NCBI RefSeq assembly: GCF_009914755.1
Contig: NC_060934.1
Origin: the human T2T-CHM13v2.0 reference genome, Homo sapiens
DNA length: 64,000 nt
Strand: one strand, 5' to 3'
Shown here: piece by piece, positions 28,479-43,154 of the stretch
Numbering within the stretch: the first letter of the stretch is position 1
Layout of the letters: each line of letters starts with the position of its first letter
Position numbers and translations under genes: made by a program
Notes under the pieces: generated by a model
Seen by the model: only the letters and a program-made list of their open reading frames with translations
Databases searched by the model: none
What the model was told of the DNA's origin: nothing

Positions 28479-30772
28479 TTATCCCAACCCCTCCTCCCAA
28501 ATGCAGGGCAGTTTTAGAGATTTCATGTTTCTTTGTGACCTTCTTGATCTAAAAATTCACTAAGAGCAAGTATGTTAGAGTCAGGTAGGCTTAGTCTTGA
28601 TACCTAATTCTATCATTTCAAACTGTTATAGGCAATTGATAAAGTATCTTCCCTAAGAGTTAAAATATCTTTCAATGAAATTTCAAACTTTTTCAATAGC
28701 CTGATCAATTATTTACATGGCTTCCTGAAGTTCCATATTAACCACATTTTGCTTTTGTTTAAGCAAATATCATCTTCTACTTTACGTGATTGGTGGAAGC
28801 TGTGTTTTATAAATACTTTATATTAAGATTTTTAAATAAGATGTAGTGATTTAAAAACCAGAGAAATGATATTGTCGCAAACATGGAAGCAGAATAGCTC
28901 TGCCAACTCCTACTTGTGGAGATCGCTCTGATCTCCAATATTGAGCAATTAACATTTGAGTTATCTTTCCATGAGAAGTTTTGATGAAATTTTAACGGCC
29001 CTCTCCCTCATTTCCAGGATGGAGGAGGATTGCAGGGGCTGAAGGGAAGGAATACGGAGGTTTCAGAACCCACAAGCAAGTGGTTCTTGGCATACCCTCT
29101 GCCATATGCAAAATTTGGGCATCTCTTCTCTCTTCTATTTAGGATGTTCATTTCTTCCAAAGAACTCTGGTGAAGGCCGGGTTAATTAACTTGCATTCTC
29201 ATTAGAACAACACAAATGACGACACACACTGGTCCGGAGTCCAGACCAATCTTAAATCAAGACTTTAAGTGGAACCATGACTGAGGTCCAGTGGCAGCTG
29301 TAAAGGACAAGTGAAAGATTATTTAGCAGAATTTCCGAATGTTAGCTTTAGAAACAACCCTTAATTAACAATCATTGAGGTCCCTTATGTGCTAGGTCCC
29401 ATATGCTTGGCATAAGAGATCCTTAAGGCAAGCTCCTTGGACTCAAGGAGTTCACAAAGTAGTGAGCTCAAGATCTCCTACAGTCATTAGCATGTCTAAC
29501 ACCTCCACTGTTATGTCTAACAATAAGGCAGCGGACACAGGTGATAGAGCAGTACCAAACAAGTGACTTAACTCTGTAGTCAAGGTTAAACACTGGTGAT
29601 TAGATAGTTCAACTCCACCTTCATTTTGCCTGTGGGTTAACTGTGGTCTACAGAAATGCATAATAAATTGACCAGTCAGAAGAACAACACAGCAGTGGTT
29701 CAGGGTTTAGGGTAAAGAAAGCACTTGAATTGCTTGTTAAAATGTGGATTTCTGGGTCTTACCTCCAAGATTCTGATTCAAGGTGTAAGATGGGAGGAGC
29801 TGAAACACACTGGGTAATCCTCCCTCTGCTACAGCACAACACACTTGAGGCACTTTTCAATAGAGTAAAACCCCAGTAAATGAAAGGCTTCGGCTCCATA
29901 GTGGGAGGCCTGGATCTGAATCTGGATGTGACACATGTTCAGAGACGATAAGTGGTCAGTCCAAGTTCACGGTGCAGTATGTGTTCAGTAGAGAGGGAGT
30001 CATAACAACTACTTGCAGTGCTATTGTGAGAGTTACATCAGATAATGCATGTAAATTGCTGAGTCCAGAGCCTGTATGTATGTAATTCTAGCCATCATTA
30101 GCTGCTGGCCACATGGTGTGCTATTGCAGAATCAGGACCCAACCCCAGGGCTTTTTATTCTTAGTACACTGCTTTTTCACTGCCACACAAGGATTTCCAG
30201 GAAACACTGACATTCCTGCATCAAACCGAAACGATCAAGGGCTCTCCCTCTCAGGCTAATAACTTTTCTTTCATTTTTCTGCCACTCTGTCCCCAAACCA
30301 CTTCTCTGGGGATTTTAACTGGTTGTATTCATTTTAGCACTGCAGAATTTTAGGCAATATATACCCTTATTTTTCATGCACCAAATTTAATCCCATAAAC
30401 ATGTGCTAGAGGGCACAGGTATCCAAAAAACACAAAGCAGAGCTTGTGACATAAGAATTTTTATAGTCTTAGAAAAATAACACAAATTCAAACTAATAAT
30501 TCAAGATAGTACACGATTACATATTAATATATAGTAGAGACCGGAAGGACTAATGAAGTTTAAAACAAGGAGAGGTCAATTTGTCCTAAAATGGGAGGAA
30601 AAGATGTCAAAAAGGTCATGGAACCTCAGTCAAGCAAGGAAAAATAGAGGAATTTGCTGTTATTTTGAAAAATTTCAAATATTTACAAATTAAGAGAAAC
30701 TATTATAATTCTTACTTCCTAAAGCTTTCAAATGTGTGGTCAGAGGATCAGCCACATCAATGTCACCTGGAA

Positions 30773-31449
<677 letters not shown>

Positions 31450-33258
31450 CTGGAATTTGGTAGAAATACAGAATTCCATGCCAACTCTAGATTTCTGTAA
31501 CAGGAATCTACATTTTTAATAAGATCACATGATTTGTGTGTAGGCTTTGAGAGGTAGTAGCATAATGAGCACAAAAGTACCTATCACCCAGTTTCAACAA
31601 GTAGCAATACCTGGTCAATCTTGTTTTATTTGTACCTCTGCCCATTTTCTCCCCTTATTTTTGGATTATTTTAAAGGAAATCCCATATACTCTATCACTA
31701 CATTGGTAATTTTTTCACAGAGTACATCTTTAAAAGACATGGTCCTTTAAAAAAAATGGCTGCAAAACATTTACTGCACCTAAAATATAGTAGTTTATGA
31801 CTATTATTAAATATTACAGAAGGATTTAGACAGTTAAGGGAGAAGACAATACTCTATTTTGGAAGAATCAGCAGAGATTTAACTAGCTGGCTTGGGGCTA
31901 AGGGTTAGTATTATCAGTACTAGAGTGTTGTGAAGCTGAATAATCAACCACAAAATCACCTGATGTGAAACACAGTGTGTTACCAGTAATATTAATTATG
32001 TCCAATGACTTCTGTCAGGTGTTATATCAAGGGTCACACATCAAAATCTAAAAAATGAAAGGCACAGTCTTATAAATGGGTTGCTTAGGTAGTAAAAAGT
32101 ACTGAAAATGTTAAAACCTTTAACCCTGCAAATGGTTAGTCTATAAAGAAAAATAAATTTCTAACACTCCAGCTGAAAGTTCTAGCTAAAACAGATTTAG
32201 AACTATCTGCCTGTCAAAGTCTGAAAGAAGGAATCAACCCCAATAAATGCTAGCTTGGGTATAAACAGTTCTTGAAGACTCAAGCAGACTCCAGCTAAAC
32301 CTTGTAACCTCTGTGGCCTTTCATGGATAGTGCCTCTCTTTTGAATCAGGTGACTGAAATTACAATGGAAGCCTGGACATGAAATAAACTATCCTGGAAG
32401 CTATTTAGAGGGTTAAACTAGGGCCAGCTGTGGTGCTATTGTTTCATGATGTTTAGTGTATTTGCATATAGAGAAGATGAAGCAAATCAGATACACTGGA
32501 TACAAGCCCCAAAACAAAATAACTGATGACAGGGTAAAACAAAATGGTCAATTTCTGTTTCAAGGGTACTCCAAAGAGAATTTAAAAACTTTGACACGTT
32601 TTAGGAAGATAAATTCAGATGGTCAGGCAAAGGTTAACTTCTGGAGGACCCTTGATGTCAGGCTGGGGAGCTGGAACTTAATTCCACAGGCAGTAGGAAC
32701 CACGGGAGTCTTTCATGGGATAAAAACAGCACTTCAGGAAGGTGCATCTGACAACGGCAGTCAGCAAGCGTGAGAGCCCACAAGTGGGAGGACCAGCAAA
32801 GGGATTGCTGAAATAATGCTGACATGAAGAGATAAGCCCTGGAATGGTTGAAGAAGGTCAACTGAATGTCAGCCTTGAGAGCTACATCAGCCTCCCTTCA
32901 CACAACACAAAAGCTCTTGTCTCTGCCATCCAGGACCCCATGAATTCCAACCTGAAAATCCACCATAGGTTGCAGGATTGAGATCCCCCCACACACATCA
33001 AAAGGAAATCACAGGCATGGAGGTAAGGAATACATGACCCAAATCTGCAGATTTTCAAATGAATTTGGGTTAAATTTCCTTTACACATTGGAATGTTTCA
33101 GAAAGTTTATAACAAGATGGAGAAAAAATGTTGTTCACCTGGATTTCTTTAGGTGAGCAGAATAAAGCATTTATTAAGAGGAATAAATTTATTTGAAAGA
33201 GATGCCCTGATTAAAGCTTGTAGTAGAGGCTACTCCTAAAAGAAAGTTTTTGGGTTTT

Positions 33259-33551
33259 GGCCGGGCATGGTGGCTCACGCCTGTAACCCTAGTACTTTGG
33301 GAGGCTGAGGCAGGCGGATCATGAGGTCAGGAGATCGAGACCATCCTGGCTAGCATGGTGAAACCCTGTGTCTACTAAAAATACAAAAAATTAGCCAGGC
33401 ATGGTGGTGGGCGCCTGTAGCCCAGCTACTCAGCAGGCTGAGGCAGGAGAATGGCGTGAACCCAGGAGGCGAAGCTTGCAGTGAGCCGAGATTGCGCCAC
33501 CACACTCCAGCCTGGGCCACAGAGTGAGATGCCATCAAAAAAAAAAAAAAA
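33259..33551 (+). mobile_element. AluY
   Basis: Y diagnostics; TSD aaagttttt(g/t)ggtttt. Confidence 0.96.
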
Positions 33552-33933
33552 GTTTTTTGGTTTTGTTAAAGAGAAAGAGACGCAGAGAAAGAGAGAAGAA
33601 AAAAGATAAAAGAGGAGAGCAAGTGTCATGGGGGAAGCGGAGCTGTGCTGAGTGTGATGTGACACCCTGCCATGCCATGACCCTTCACATTGACAGTAAA
33701 GCCACCAAATTACAAGATAATTGACATGAGTCAACTTGTACATCTCTGGGTATAAACCAGTTAAAGAGCGGATTGTCAACAAACCTGAAACCTAGCCTAC
33801 ATGTGCAATTAAATTTCTGTAAGTCAAATATGAGAGCATTGCTTAAAGGGACTCTCTAATGCGTCTTTAAAAATATGAATAAATCATGCCCCAATTTATC
33901 TAGTTGGTAATTAAGGTGCTTGACTATCAGGGG

Positions 33934-34029
33934 TATATGTGTATATATACATATAAATATATATATAAATATATAAAATATAAATATATATCAGATATAC
34001 ATATATATACATATATATATGTATATATA
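33934..34029. repeat. Interrupted (TA)n microsatellite
   Basis: About 95 bp of tata/cata/taaa units. Confidence 0.92.
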
Positions 34030-35264
34030 AAATGGAATGGTCCTGTAACTTCTCTCTGAAGGCATGACGAGAAAGAGAAAGCCTGGTTATGTGATTCGTA
34101 AAATATTCACTGTTTAAAATAGAATCAGGGGATGGGATAGGCAAGGAAGATTTGGAAGCCCTCCAGGATCTGGCTGAGTGATGTGCCTCCTCTCACCTGG
34201 ATAATGATGTTGTTAGGGGCTGACTGAGGGATGAGTAGGGTGATGGTGGCTCTCCATTCCTCACTAATGTCCCCATCCGAGCATCCATTTTCTCATTTAT
34301 GATCTCCTTGACACCGACTCTATTTACATGACATTGGGATTAATCAGCCAGGAGTTTTTAGCTGCAGGAATCAGGCAATCCGTGTAACTCAGCGTGGCAG
34401 CGTGACATTATCACCAGCTAAGCAATATTCGCTCTGTATGATCACCATCTCCAGGGAACTTGCTGTGTGATAGGACTTCAGGTGCTGAAGTCATAAACCA
34501 TTACACTCATCCCCGAGCAGTCGTATGACACCTTTCCTCAAGGACAGCCATGGAAAACCACACTCTGGATCCAGCCTGATTTATCAGCAGGATCAGCAAG
34601 GGCACCGCAGAAGTTTCAGTCATCAGCTGCTGCAGGGAAAGATACCCTTTCTCCACTTCTGTGGCAGGTCCATATATACAGAATTACTTGAGACTCCAAA
34701 CACAAACCATTATCTCTGTGGCAAATTATCTCTGTGGATTTCTGTCAAGTTACCCCTACCACTGTATCACAATTACTCGTTGGCCTGCCTGTCAGCCCCC
34801 AGGAGAATGTGAACACCTTGATGGGAAGAACAGTATTCACAGTTCTCTACCTGGTGTCTGGCACAAGAGAAGTCCTCAAAATATGTATGGTGAATGAGTG
34901 AAAGAATGAATGAATGAGTTTTGGTGAATGAGATAATGGTTATTTTATCAAAGAAAGAAAACAGAAGTTGGTGTTAAATTTGCTTCTCTTCTTGTCGTAT
35001 TTTATCGCTCATGAATTGAATTAATGAGCAGTTCTTAATAGGAAGGAGGTGCTTTCTAGCTTAACTTCTGCCAGGTAAATCAGTGGCCACTGTATCTTAA
35101 GCTGGTAAAGCCACTCAGATGGTTGAAAAGGAATTCCAGCGTTTACACTAACATATATTGGAAGAAAGCATTAAATAGTTTCTCACATGACTACCCTTAA
35201 ATGCTCAATTCCCCATCCTTTTCCTCTTGTGAAATGGGCATCAGGGAATAGAAAGAGGCTCATA

Positions 35265-35490
35265 TTCAAACACACTTGGGTTAGACTCCCATCTGCACCA
35301 CTTCCTATTTCTGTAACCTTGCCAGACTTGGTTTCCCAAGAGCCTCTGTTTTCTTATCTGTAAAACCAGAGTGGTAATCTAGACCACATGCAATTTTAGT
35401 CACTACAATACAGTGTAAGTGAAACGCTGAGTGTAAAGTTTCTAACATATTGCCTGGGACTTCATAGGTGCTCATTAGTAAGAGCATCAT
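35265..35490. mobile_element. MIR
   Basis: ctgcaccacttcctatttctgtaacctt...agcctctgttttcttatctgtaaaa...tgcctgggacttcataggtgctca. Confidence 0.75.
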
Positions 35491-38400
35491 TTTAATCAAT
35501 CGGTTCTCTTTAGAGAGATTAGCAATATTTGGTTTGTGGGAGTAATGGGCTATATTGGTTAAATCCTCAGGAACCCCTTCATAATTCAATCAAGCACTGT
35601 TGTAGAAACCAACCAACAATCCAACCATGGAAACAGTGTTTTAATTATGTGCTACATCTGCTGGTGTACCCCAAGGTTTTCATCTGTAAGCAATTCAGTC
35701 TCTCATTATCTCTCTCCTTTTCACTGAAGGGCATCACAGATTGCATATGCTTACTTCTAAATCAAGGAAGAAGGAAGTAGATGTGTGACCCCTGCAAGCC
35801 ACTTAATCTCGCTTGACTTCTCTTTGTTCATCATTAAAATGAATCAGTTGGACTAGACAATCTCTCGGGTCTTTTGGCTCAATGGTTTGTGATTATAGGA
35901 AAGGAGTACTCATAGTTCCTAGATACCAAATCATTAAGTCAGTCCAGTTAAAAACTATTAAACCAACTGAAGCCAAATAATTTTCTTAACTTTGCTTTAG
36001 TGGGAAGATTACTATATAGTAAGCCCATAGCATGTACAGATACTTTGCTAGATGCTCTCTCATGGAATGTCAATCAATAGTTATACTTCCATTTAAGCAA
36101 ATTCCTAGACAAACCTGACTTTATGTTTGTTTTTATAAGAGGATGTTTTGGTCATTCACTGGCACACTAGCATCATTCTGTAACACTGGGAGGATACCAT
36201 AAAGGCATTTGCATGATGGCCAATATTCTCTTTCACTAGTCAGAAGAATGGGTTTACCTGTTTTGGAGCACATTCGTCAAAAGAATTCCCACTAAATCTA
36301 CTTATGTGGGAGCTCCCATCCTCCTCACCATACACTTCTCATTCACGCATTCAACTGCAAATATCAGTCTTGGTATTCCTTTTCCTGCAATTCTCCATAA
36401 CCACAGTGTGTAGCAAACATTCAGTAAATGTTAGCTCCCTCCCTTCCAGCAAAATCCTAAGAGTGAAAGGAGAGCCACTTCATTTTAATCCTATTGCCTA
36501 AATTCTCAATGCATCATTCAATTAATCCAACAGACATATATTGAAACTTTATTTTGGTAAGAATTAGGTACTCTAGATACGGGAGAAGGTAAATAAATTA
36601 GGCCATTGATACTTTAGACATTACAATTAAGAATGGGGAAGAGACACAAACCAAATACACCCACACACACCTACATGTATATATGCATACAAACTCATTC
36701 TATTTTCTCACTCCTATCCAAGTTTTAGGTTGGCAGCCAGGCCCTTTATCTTTCTTGTATTAGGGACTTACTAGTGTTGAAAACATAAGCCACATTCTAG
36801 GTAGAGGGAACAGTGTATGTGACATCTCTAAGTCAGGAAGGAACATCACAGCAATGAAAGAGTTGATGGCAGATGCGTTTGGAAGGCAGAGAGTGGAAAG
36901 TAGAGGAGCCTAAAGTGAGCCTTGGAGGGACAGACACATGCAGCAAGCAGTGCCATGTCGCACAATAACTTAGAGGTTCTAAAAGTATTTTAACCGTTTT
37001 TCTACTTGAAAAAAAATTAAAGACATCAGGAGTGGTCTACTCCATGTTGCTTTTTAAGTTTTAAGAACATCTCTTTTGTTGGGTCGAGTGCCAGTCTCCA
37101 CATTCAATACTTAAGTACAAGGTGACCGCAGAGAAGCATAATAATAGCATTATTAAAAGTAACAGCTGTCATTTATTGAGAATGCCTAAAGTTCTAAGCT
37201 AAGTACTCTATATCCATCATCTAATACTCATCTTCTATCTACACCCTGAGGTAGGCATTATTTTTGTCCCTAAGTGACAGATAAGAAAATGCAGTTAAAT
37301 ATCTTGTCTGAGGTCAATTTGTAAACCCCAATTTGTATGATTCTAACTTCTCTACGCTTTTGCCTGTGTCCCACACTTTATGTCTCAGTTCTCCACACCC
37401 ATAGCTCTGCTATCTGGACAAAGGAAAATCACAAATACAACAGGTGTAGGCACATATTCATAAGAGGTTTTAAAGCTGAATTTCACAGAAGTAAAAAAAG
37501 CAATTTAACTTGGTGTTTTCTTTGTTTGGAGGCATATTAAAAAGTTAATGAAAAAACACAGTAGTGGCAAAACTCACTTGATTTTGAACAGGAATAAAAC
37601 TTTTCTCAATTAATACAAGTCATCATTTTAAAGGCAGGCCTCATTTTTACATTATGCCGAGTTTAAAACTGAAAAGATTTTTTAAAAACCAAAGAAAGGG
37701 AAATGGAAATAAAGAGGAAAGCTATACTAGAAGGAAAACTGATTGGATGACAACTAAGAAAATGACAAAATCACAAGGACAAAAAAGGAACAGGACAAAC
37801 AGCAGAAGAATGAATGAAAAGGGTCCCACTGTAGAGGGCAGAGGAGATGCCAACTCTTCTGCAATTCACCCAAGTCTCAGAATTTCATGCTTCCCATTAC
37901 CGTTCTTAGAGAAACCATTAGATTAAAAACTACTGTTCACAGTTCTCAAGCTGTTCTTTTCTCAGAAACTGGTTTGTTTCTGAAGGGACAGCTCAGCCTA
38001 TGTGGAGGGTATTCATGCAGACGGAAGCAGAGGTCTACATATAAAATTAGACAAAAAAAGTCAGAAGTTTCTCATCTTGGTTTGAAAATATTGATAGAAC
38101 AATCTCCTTTTTTCTAACCCCTGGACCATGAGAATTATTACATGTGTCAATAGTTTCTTCTTTCATTTATAGCTAAGCTCCTTCATTTGGTTTCATCAAA
38201 AAGTAACTTTCTAGTGATCCTTTTCAACCCTTGCCAGATTTTTTTTTCCATTTCTAATGCATTTTTTTCTAGCCATGGCCCACAATAATCACCAAATTAG
38301 CAATCTGAAAGCAACTGATCATGCCTATAGCCATTTCAAGAATCAATGCCTAGGGCTTGGAGGCACAGAGTAACATCACTTGGCAAACCGCCTTGAATGA

Positions 38401-38520
38401 CTATTTCCATTCTTATTGAAAAAGACTGACTTTTCTGCAAGGTTTCTGTTACGTTAGTAGAAAAGAAAAACATTGCATTAATAGCCTCAAAATGTGAATG
38501 ACAACCAATTTGTATCTCTC

Positions 38521-38691
38521 TTTTTTTTTTTTGGTGGGGGGGAATAGGGTCTCACTTTGTCACCCAGGCTGGAGTGTAGTGACACAATCATAGTGCACTA
38601 CAGGCTGGAACTCCTGAACTTAATTAAACAGTCCTCCCTCCTCGCCCTGTCAAAGTGCTGGGATTACAGGAATAAGCCACCATGCCTGGCC
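38521..38691 (-). mobile_element. Alu monomer (FAM/FRAM-like)
   Basis: Single antisense arm: agggtctcactttgtcacccaggctggagt...ctcctga...caaagtgctgggattacagg...catgcctggcc. Confidence 0.88.
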
Positions 38692-39116
38692 AAAATGACA
38701 TCCTCTCTGAGCTTACCTCTCTAACACTTCAAACCATATTTGTGTTCCACACTAAAACTCAGCATCTTTTCTGCTTCTCTTTAGCTCCCATTCCCAACTT
38801 TTCTTCACTAGGACCCTGTGTTTCTGCTTTCCAAAGCCAGAAATCTGGACTAACACTGACATGTTATTCTTCTCCATATGTTATTCCATCATGTTTAGAA
38901 TCCCAGACATATGCACAGTCCGGCATACCAGTGGAGTGAAAAGAGTGCCCATAGGACTCAGTGGTAGCATTTGCAACCTTTTGATAGAGCCAAGAACAGA
39001 CAGCCTTACTGCTTCTCTGTGGGACTAAGACTCTGAAGGATTGCAGTTTGAATTGGATCTGTTGCCCTAAGCTGCATTCCATATATATAAATAAATAAAA
39101 GACACGTAGACACACA

Positions 39117-39620
39117 TGTCCATCAGTAAGAACTCTTGTTGCAACAATTAACAGGCATCAGCTGGGACTAATTTAAGCAAGAAAGGGCAAAAAAGGGGAA
39201 GTTATTACATTTATAAAGAGGCATGGCATGGATCAAAAGCCTTGAGGGCTGAAATTAGGACATAAAAACCATCAAGATCCCCGCAGTGCTCATTGTCCAT
39301 GTTTTTCCTTGATTTCTCTTTGCTTACCTGCATTTTTTCCCTTTCTTTCGCTCTTCAGTTCACATTCTGGGTAGACCAGGTCCACCCTGGAACTCCTAGA
39401 GTTTCTGTTTTCTGTTAGTTACAGAAACAGCTGCTGCCCCTCAATTCTACCTCTAGTTTCCTGGAATGGGAAATCTGATATCAACCAGCAATGAGTTAGA
39501 AGAGCTGAGTCACTTGCTATAAATAAGCCTGCTGAGAACCTCCCCTTGTTGCCCTATGGATATGTGGAGATGTCTCCAGAAAAGAGGGGTCTTGTGAGTT
39601 GGGCGATTCTCCACAGCATC
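39117..39620. mobile_element. Old MaLR (MLT1-type) LTR remnant
   Basis: tgtc..tcag...aactcttgttgcaac...aacag...ctaatttaagcaagaaaggg is typical of old MLT1 ends; the rest is highly diverged. Confidence 0.45.
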
Positions 39621-39903
39621 TAATGCCGCAGGGAAATGACAACAGAGCTGTTATTGCTGAAACTGTTCACTGAAAGAGGCAATCATTCAGGGCTGAAACA
39701 ACACAATTAAGGCTCCTTCCCACCCTCTCTTCACTCTGCGCACTTAAACTACATGATACCCTCACACTTACTGCTGCAGTCATCAACCTAGCAACAAGAA
39801 TTGACTACTGCAAGGATTTTTGCCACAATCACCACTGAACCTGTCCACCCTGAAATCTGCCTGTACAACGAGCTCACCATCTTCTTTTTTAAAGGACGGC
39901 ATA

Positions 39904-40290
39904 TGTATTTAGTCTGTTCTCACACTGCTATAAAGAACTACCTGAGACTAGATAATTTATGAAGAAAAGAGGCTTCATTGACTCACAGTTCTGCAGGTTG
40001 TACAGGAGGGCTGGTTGGGGAGGCCTCAGGAAACTTACAATCATGGTGGAAGGCAAAGGAGAAACAAGCACATATTCTCACAGCCAGCAGGAAAGAGAAT
40101 GTGCGCAGAAGGGAAGTGCCACACACTTTTAAATCAGCAGATCTCGTGAGAACTCACTCACCATCACGAGAACAGCAAAGGGGAACCTCACCCCCATGAT
40201 CCAATCACCTCCCATCAGGCCCCTCCTCCAACACTGAGGATCGCAACTCGAAATGAGATTTGAGTGGGGACGTAGAGCCAAATCATATCA
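39904..40290 (-). mobile_element. MSTA/THE1D-like MaLR solo LTR
   Basis: tgtatttagtctgttctcacactgctataaagaactacctgagact...gaggcctcaggaaacttacaatcatgg...gccaaatcatatca; TSD gcata/gcatg. Confidence 0.92.
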
Positions 40291-41300
40291 GCATGTTTCT
40301 AAAAACCAGTATAATGTGCCATGCTTTCCCGATCTTATTTTTCATAAAGCCTCAGTCTCACAGCTATAAAAACACAATAAATAGTATGATTCTTGGCAGG
40401 GGCATAGCATAGGCTGAGCAAAGTGTCTGATCTCTATAGCAAACAGGTGATGATAGAGAACTCGAACAGAAACATATTCATCTAAAAGTAAACACCAATT
40501 TCTCTATGCTAAGCTCTTACTCCAATTAAATTAGCAAATTACCACATAACAGTTCAATAAGATAGAGATTCCCTTGTTTTACAGACTACAGATCAGAGAG
40601 ATTAAATACTCCCATTAACAGTATAAAGAAAGTGGCTAGAGTTTAGCTAGCTAGTTGTTTTCCCCTCCTTGAGGCTTATCGAAGTTTTTGCTGCTTTTCT
40701 TAAGTCCTCACCCCCATTCTCTTATTTTCAGAATTCTGCCATCTCTAGTACAAGTAAGTGGGTTTCCGCTTCCAGGAGAACTTTCCAGCCACGTGGGGTG
40801 AGGGAGCCTAGAGCTGGTGAGCCTCCACATAAAGAAATACAGCGTTAAGCAAGGCAGCTGCATGTGGCACATTAATCACTCCTGATGCTCTGGGAGAAGT
40901 GAGATACAATTATAAGCCAGCTAATCCCCTAGTTCATTGGTAGTGGGGCGGGAAAACTGTTAATCAGCATCACAAACACATTTGGAAAGAGGCTTCCAAT
41001 AGACAGCTTGGAGAGAACAGAGATAGGCTGATCAATTCCACAGGAAAATCTCTTATTTGTCACATCTGGAAGCACCCTGGTTAAGTCTTAATTAGATTGG
41101 GTAGTAAAGAAGATATCATAAACACAAATGGTGGGGAGGGGTAGAGAGGGAGCTGAAGGCTAGTCAGTCAATACAGTTGGCCATGCTCCAAGTATCAGAA
41201 AAGAGCCCAGAGTCAGGAGCACAGTCACTGCTTCATCAGGGAAGTGTGCGTGAGAGGCATTTGTGCGCTTTCCACCTTTCTTTCCTTCATATATCAATTA

Positions 41301-41651
<351 letters not shown>

Positions 41652-42699
41652 AATGTTCATAGAAGAAACAAAGCCTCTCTGCAGCTCCATCTAAAACCTA
41701 AAGAATGAAACAACCATCTCTCCCAGCAGGATGAATTAGTTGGACATTGACTCCCAGCCTTTTTCACCAGAACTCCTTTTACAATTTTTCCCCATAAACG
41801 GTATGTTTTATTTTCGTAATCAAATATAAAATAATTTAATCTATTCACTCATTTTTAACTAAATTATACAAGAATGCTAACCTGATCTCTGGATCATGGT
41901 GATATAATCAATGTAATCATTATCCAGTTGAAGAAATATCTAAAAGCTGGAATGACTTGGCTATTCTGTATAATCAAGAACACAAATGCATGTACAATTT
42001 TAATTGGGCATCTGTAATATAAAAAAGCTTAGTATATTCATTACCACCTTTTTTTTAATCCCAAGAAATTTCTAGATTAGATGGAATACACTGACCCAGA
42101 TCCAGATGATTTCCAGGCCCCCTACATCTTTTTAGATGTGGAGACTTATATTCTGTGCCAGTGTTTTTCTAAGGCAACTTAGAGCATTTGGTCCAGTGAA
42201 GCTTCAAAAAAAAAAAAAAACAAAAAAAAAAAACACAGAAAAACTTCACATGTAACATTACGCATGGTTCTCTTTGGAGGAAAGCATAGTGAATCAGGTG
42301 CTGTGCTTCTCATCAAGAATGTGACTTCCCATTACATGATTAAATGAGAGTACCTTCACCTGAACCCCGCAGCTTAGTGCCCTACCATTCAAGCAACGCC
42401 ATACCAGCAGAACCATGCTTTTGCAGAATGGAGTGAAAAAACTCTCATATTTATCATTAGTAACAAATTAAAAGTGAATCAGAGAACTATGTATAGTGTT
42501 AAATCATCTGGAGCTCCACGGTCAATCAGATTTTCTACAGATGAGGCATAGGGCTCACTGACTGATTGCAAACATCACCTACAATTTGGGCTTTTCCTCT
42601 TCTAACTTGCTTTGCCTGTCAATGGAAAAGCTCGTATCTCACTTAAAAGCTATTTCACATTTGAGGATCATTAAATCACTAATGTGTTTTAGAACAGAC

Positions 42700-42975
42700 T
42701 AATAGGTAAAGGGACAGCACTTCTAGAATACTTACACTCTTAAGTGCTTTACTTGAATGGTCTCATTTAATCCTCACAAATATCCTATGAAATCAACCTT
42801 ATAAGTATAGTTCCCATTTTATATCTCAATATTATATATTACAAACAATATATAAAAATATATATTATGTTTATAACATATATATAATATATATAGTTTG
42901 TAAACAATATATATATTGTTTGTAAGTGCAGAATCAGGATTTGAACACAGACAGTGTGATTCTTGAGCCTACATA
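42700..42975. mobile_element. MIR with its core replaced by AT-rich palindromic sequence
   Basis: taagtgctttac...tctcatttaatcctcacaa..atcctatgaa...cccatttta [insert] gtaagtgcagaatcaggatttgaacacagacagtgtgattc. Confidence 0.8.
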
Positions 42976-43154
42976 TTTCTAGTATCCCATAACGTTGTAT
43001 TTGCTAGGAGTAGAGAGAAATTAAAAGCCCATCTGTATGTATAGTTTCATTTAATCCAGCCTGCTTGAAGGGGAAAATGTGAAAATGTTTTAACACTTTG
43101 GTCATAAGAAATGTTGAGTTATTAGATCCTTTCATTTTGATACAGCAATAAAAA

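Noticed and set aside
36207-36214. Octamer motif ATTTGCAT
   Set aside because: An isolated 8-mer is expected by chance in AT-rich sequence of this length
42206-42234. Orphan A-rich tracts (also near 48344-48368) as possible retrocopy tails
   Set aside because: No upstream retroposed body or TSD seen; simple mononucleotide runs
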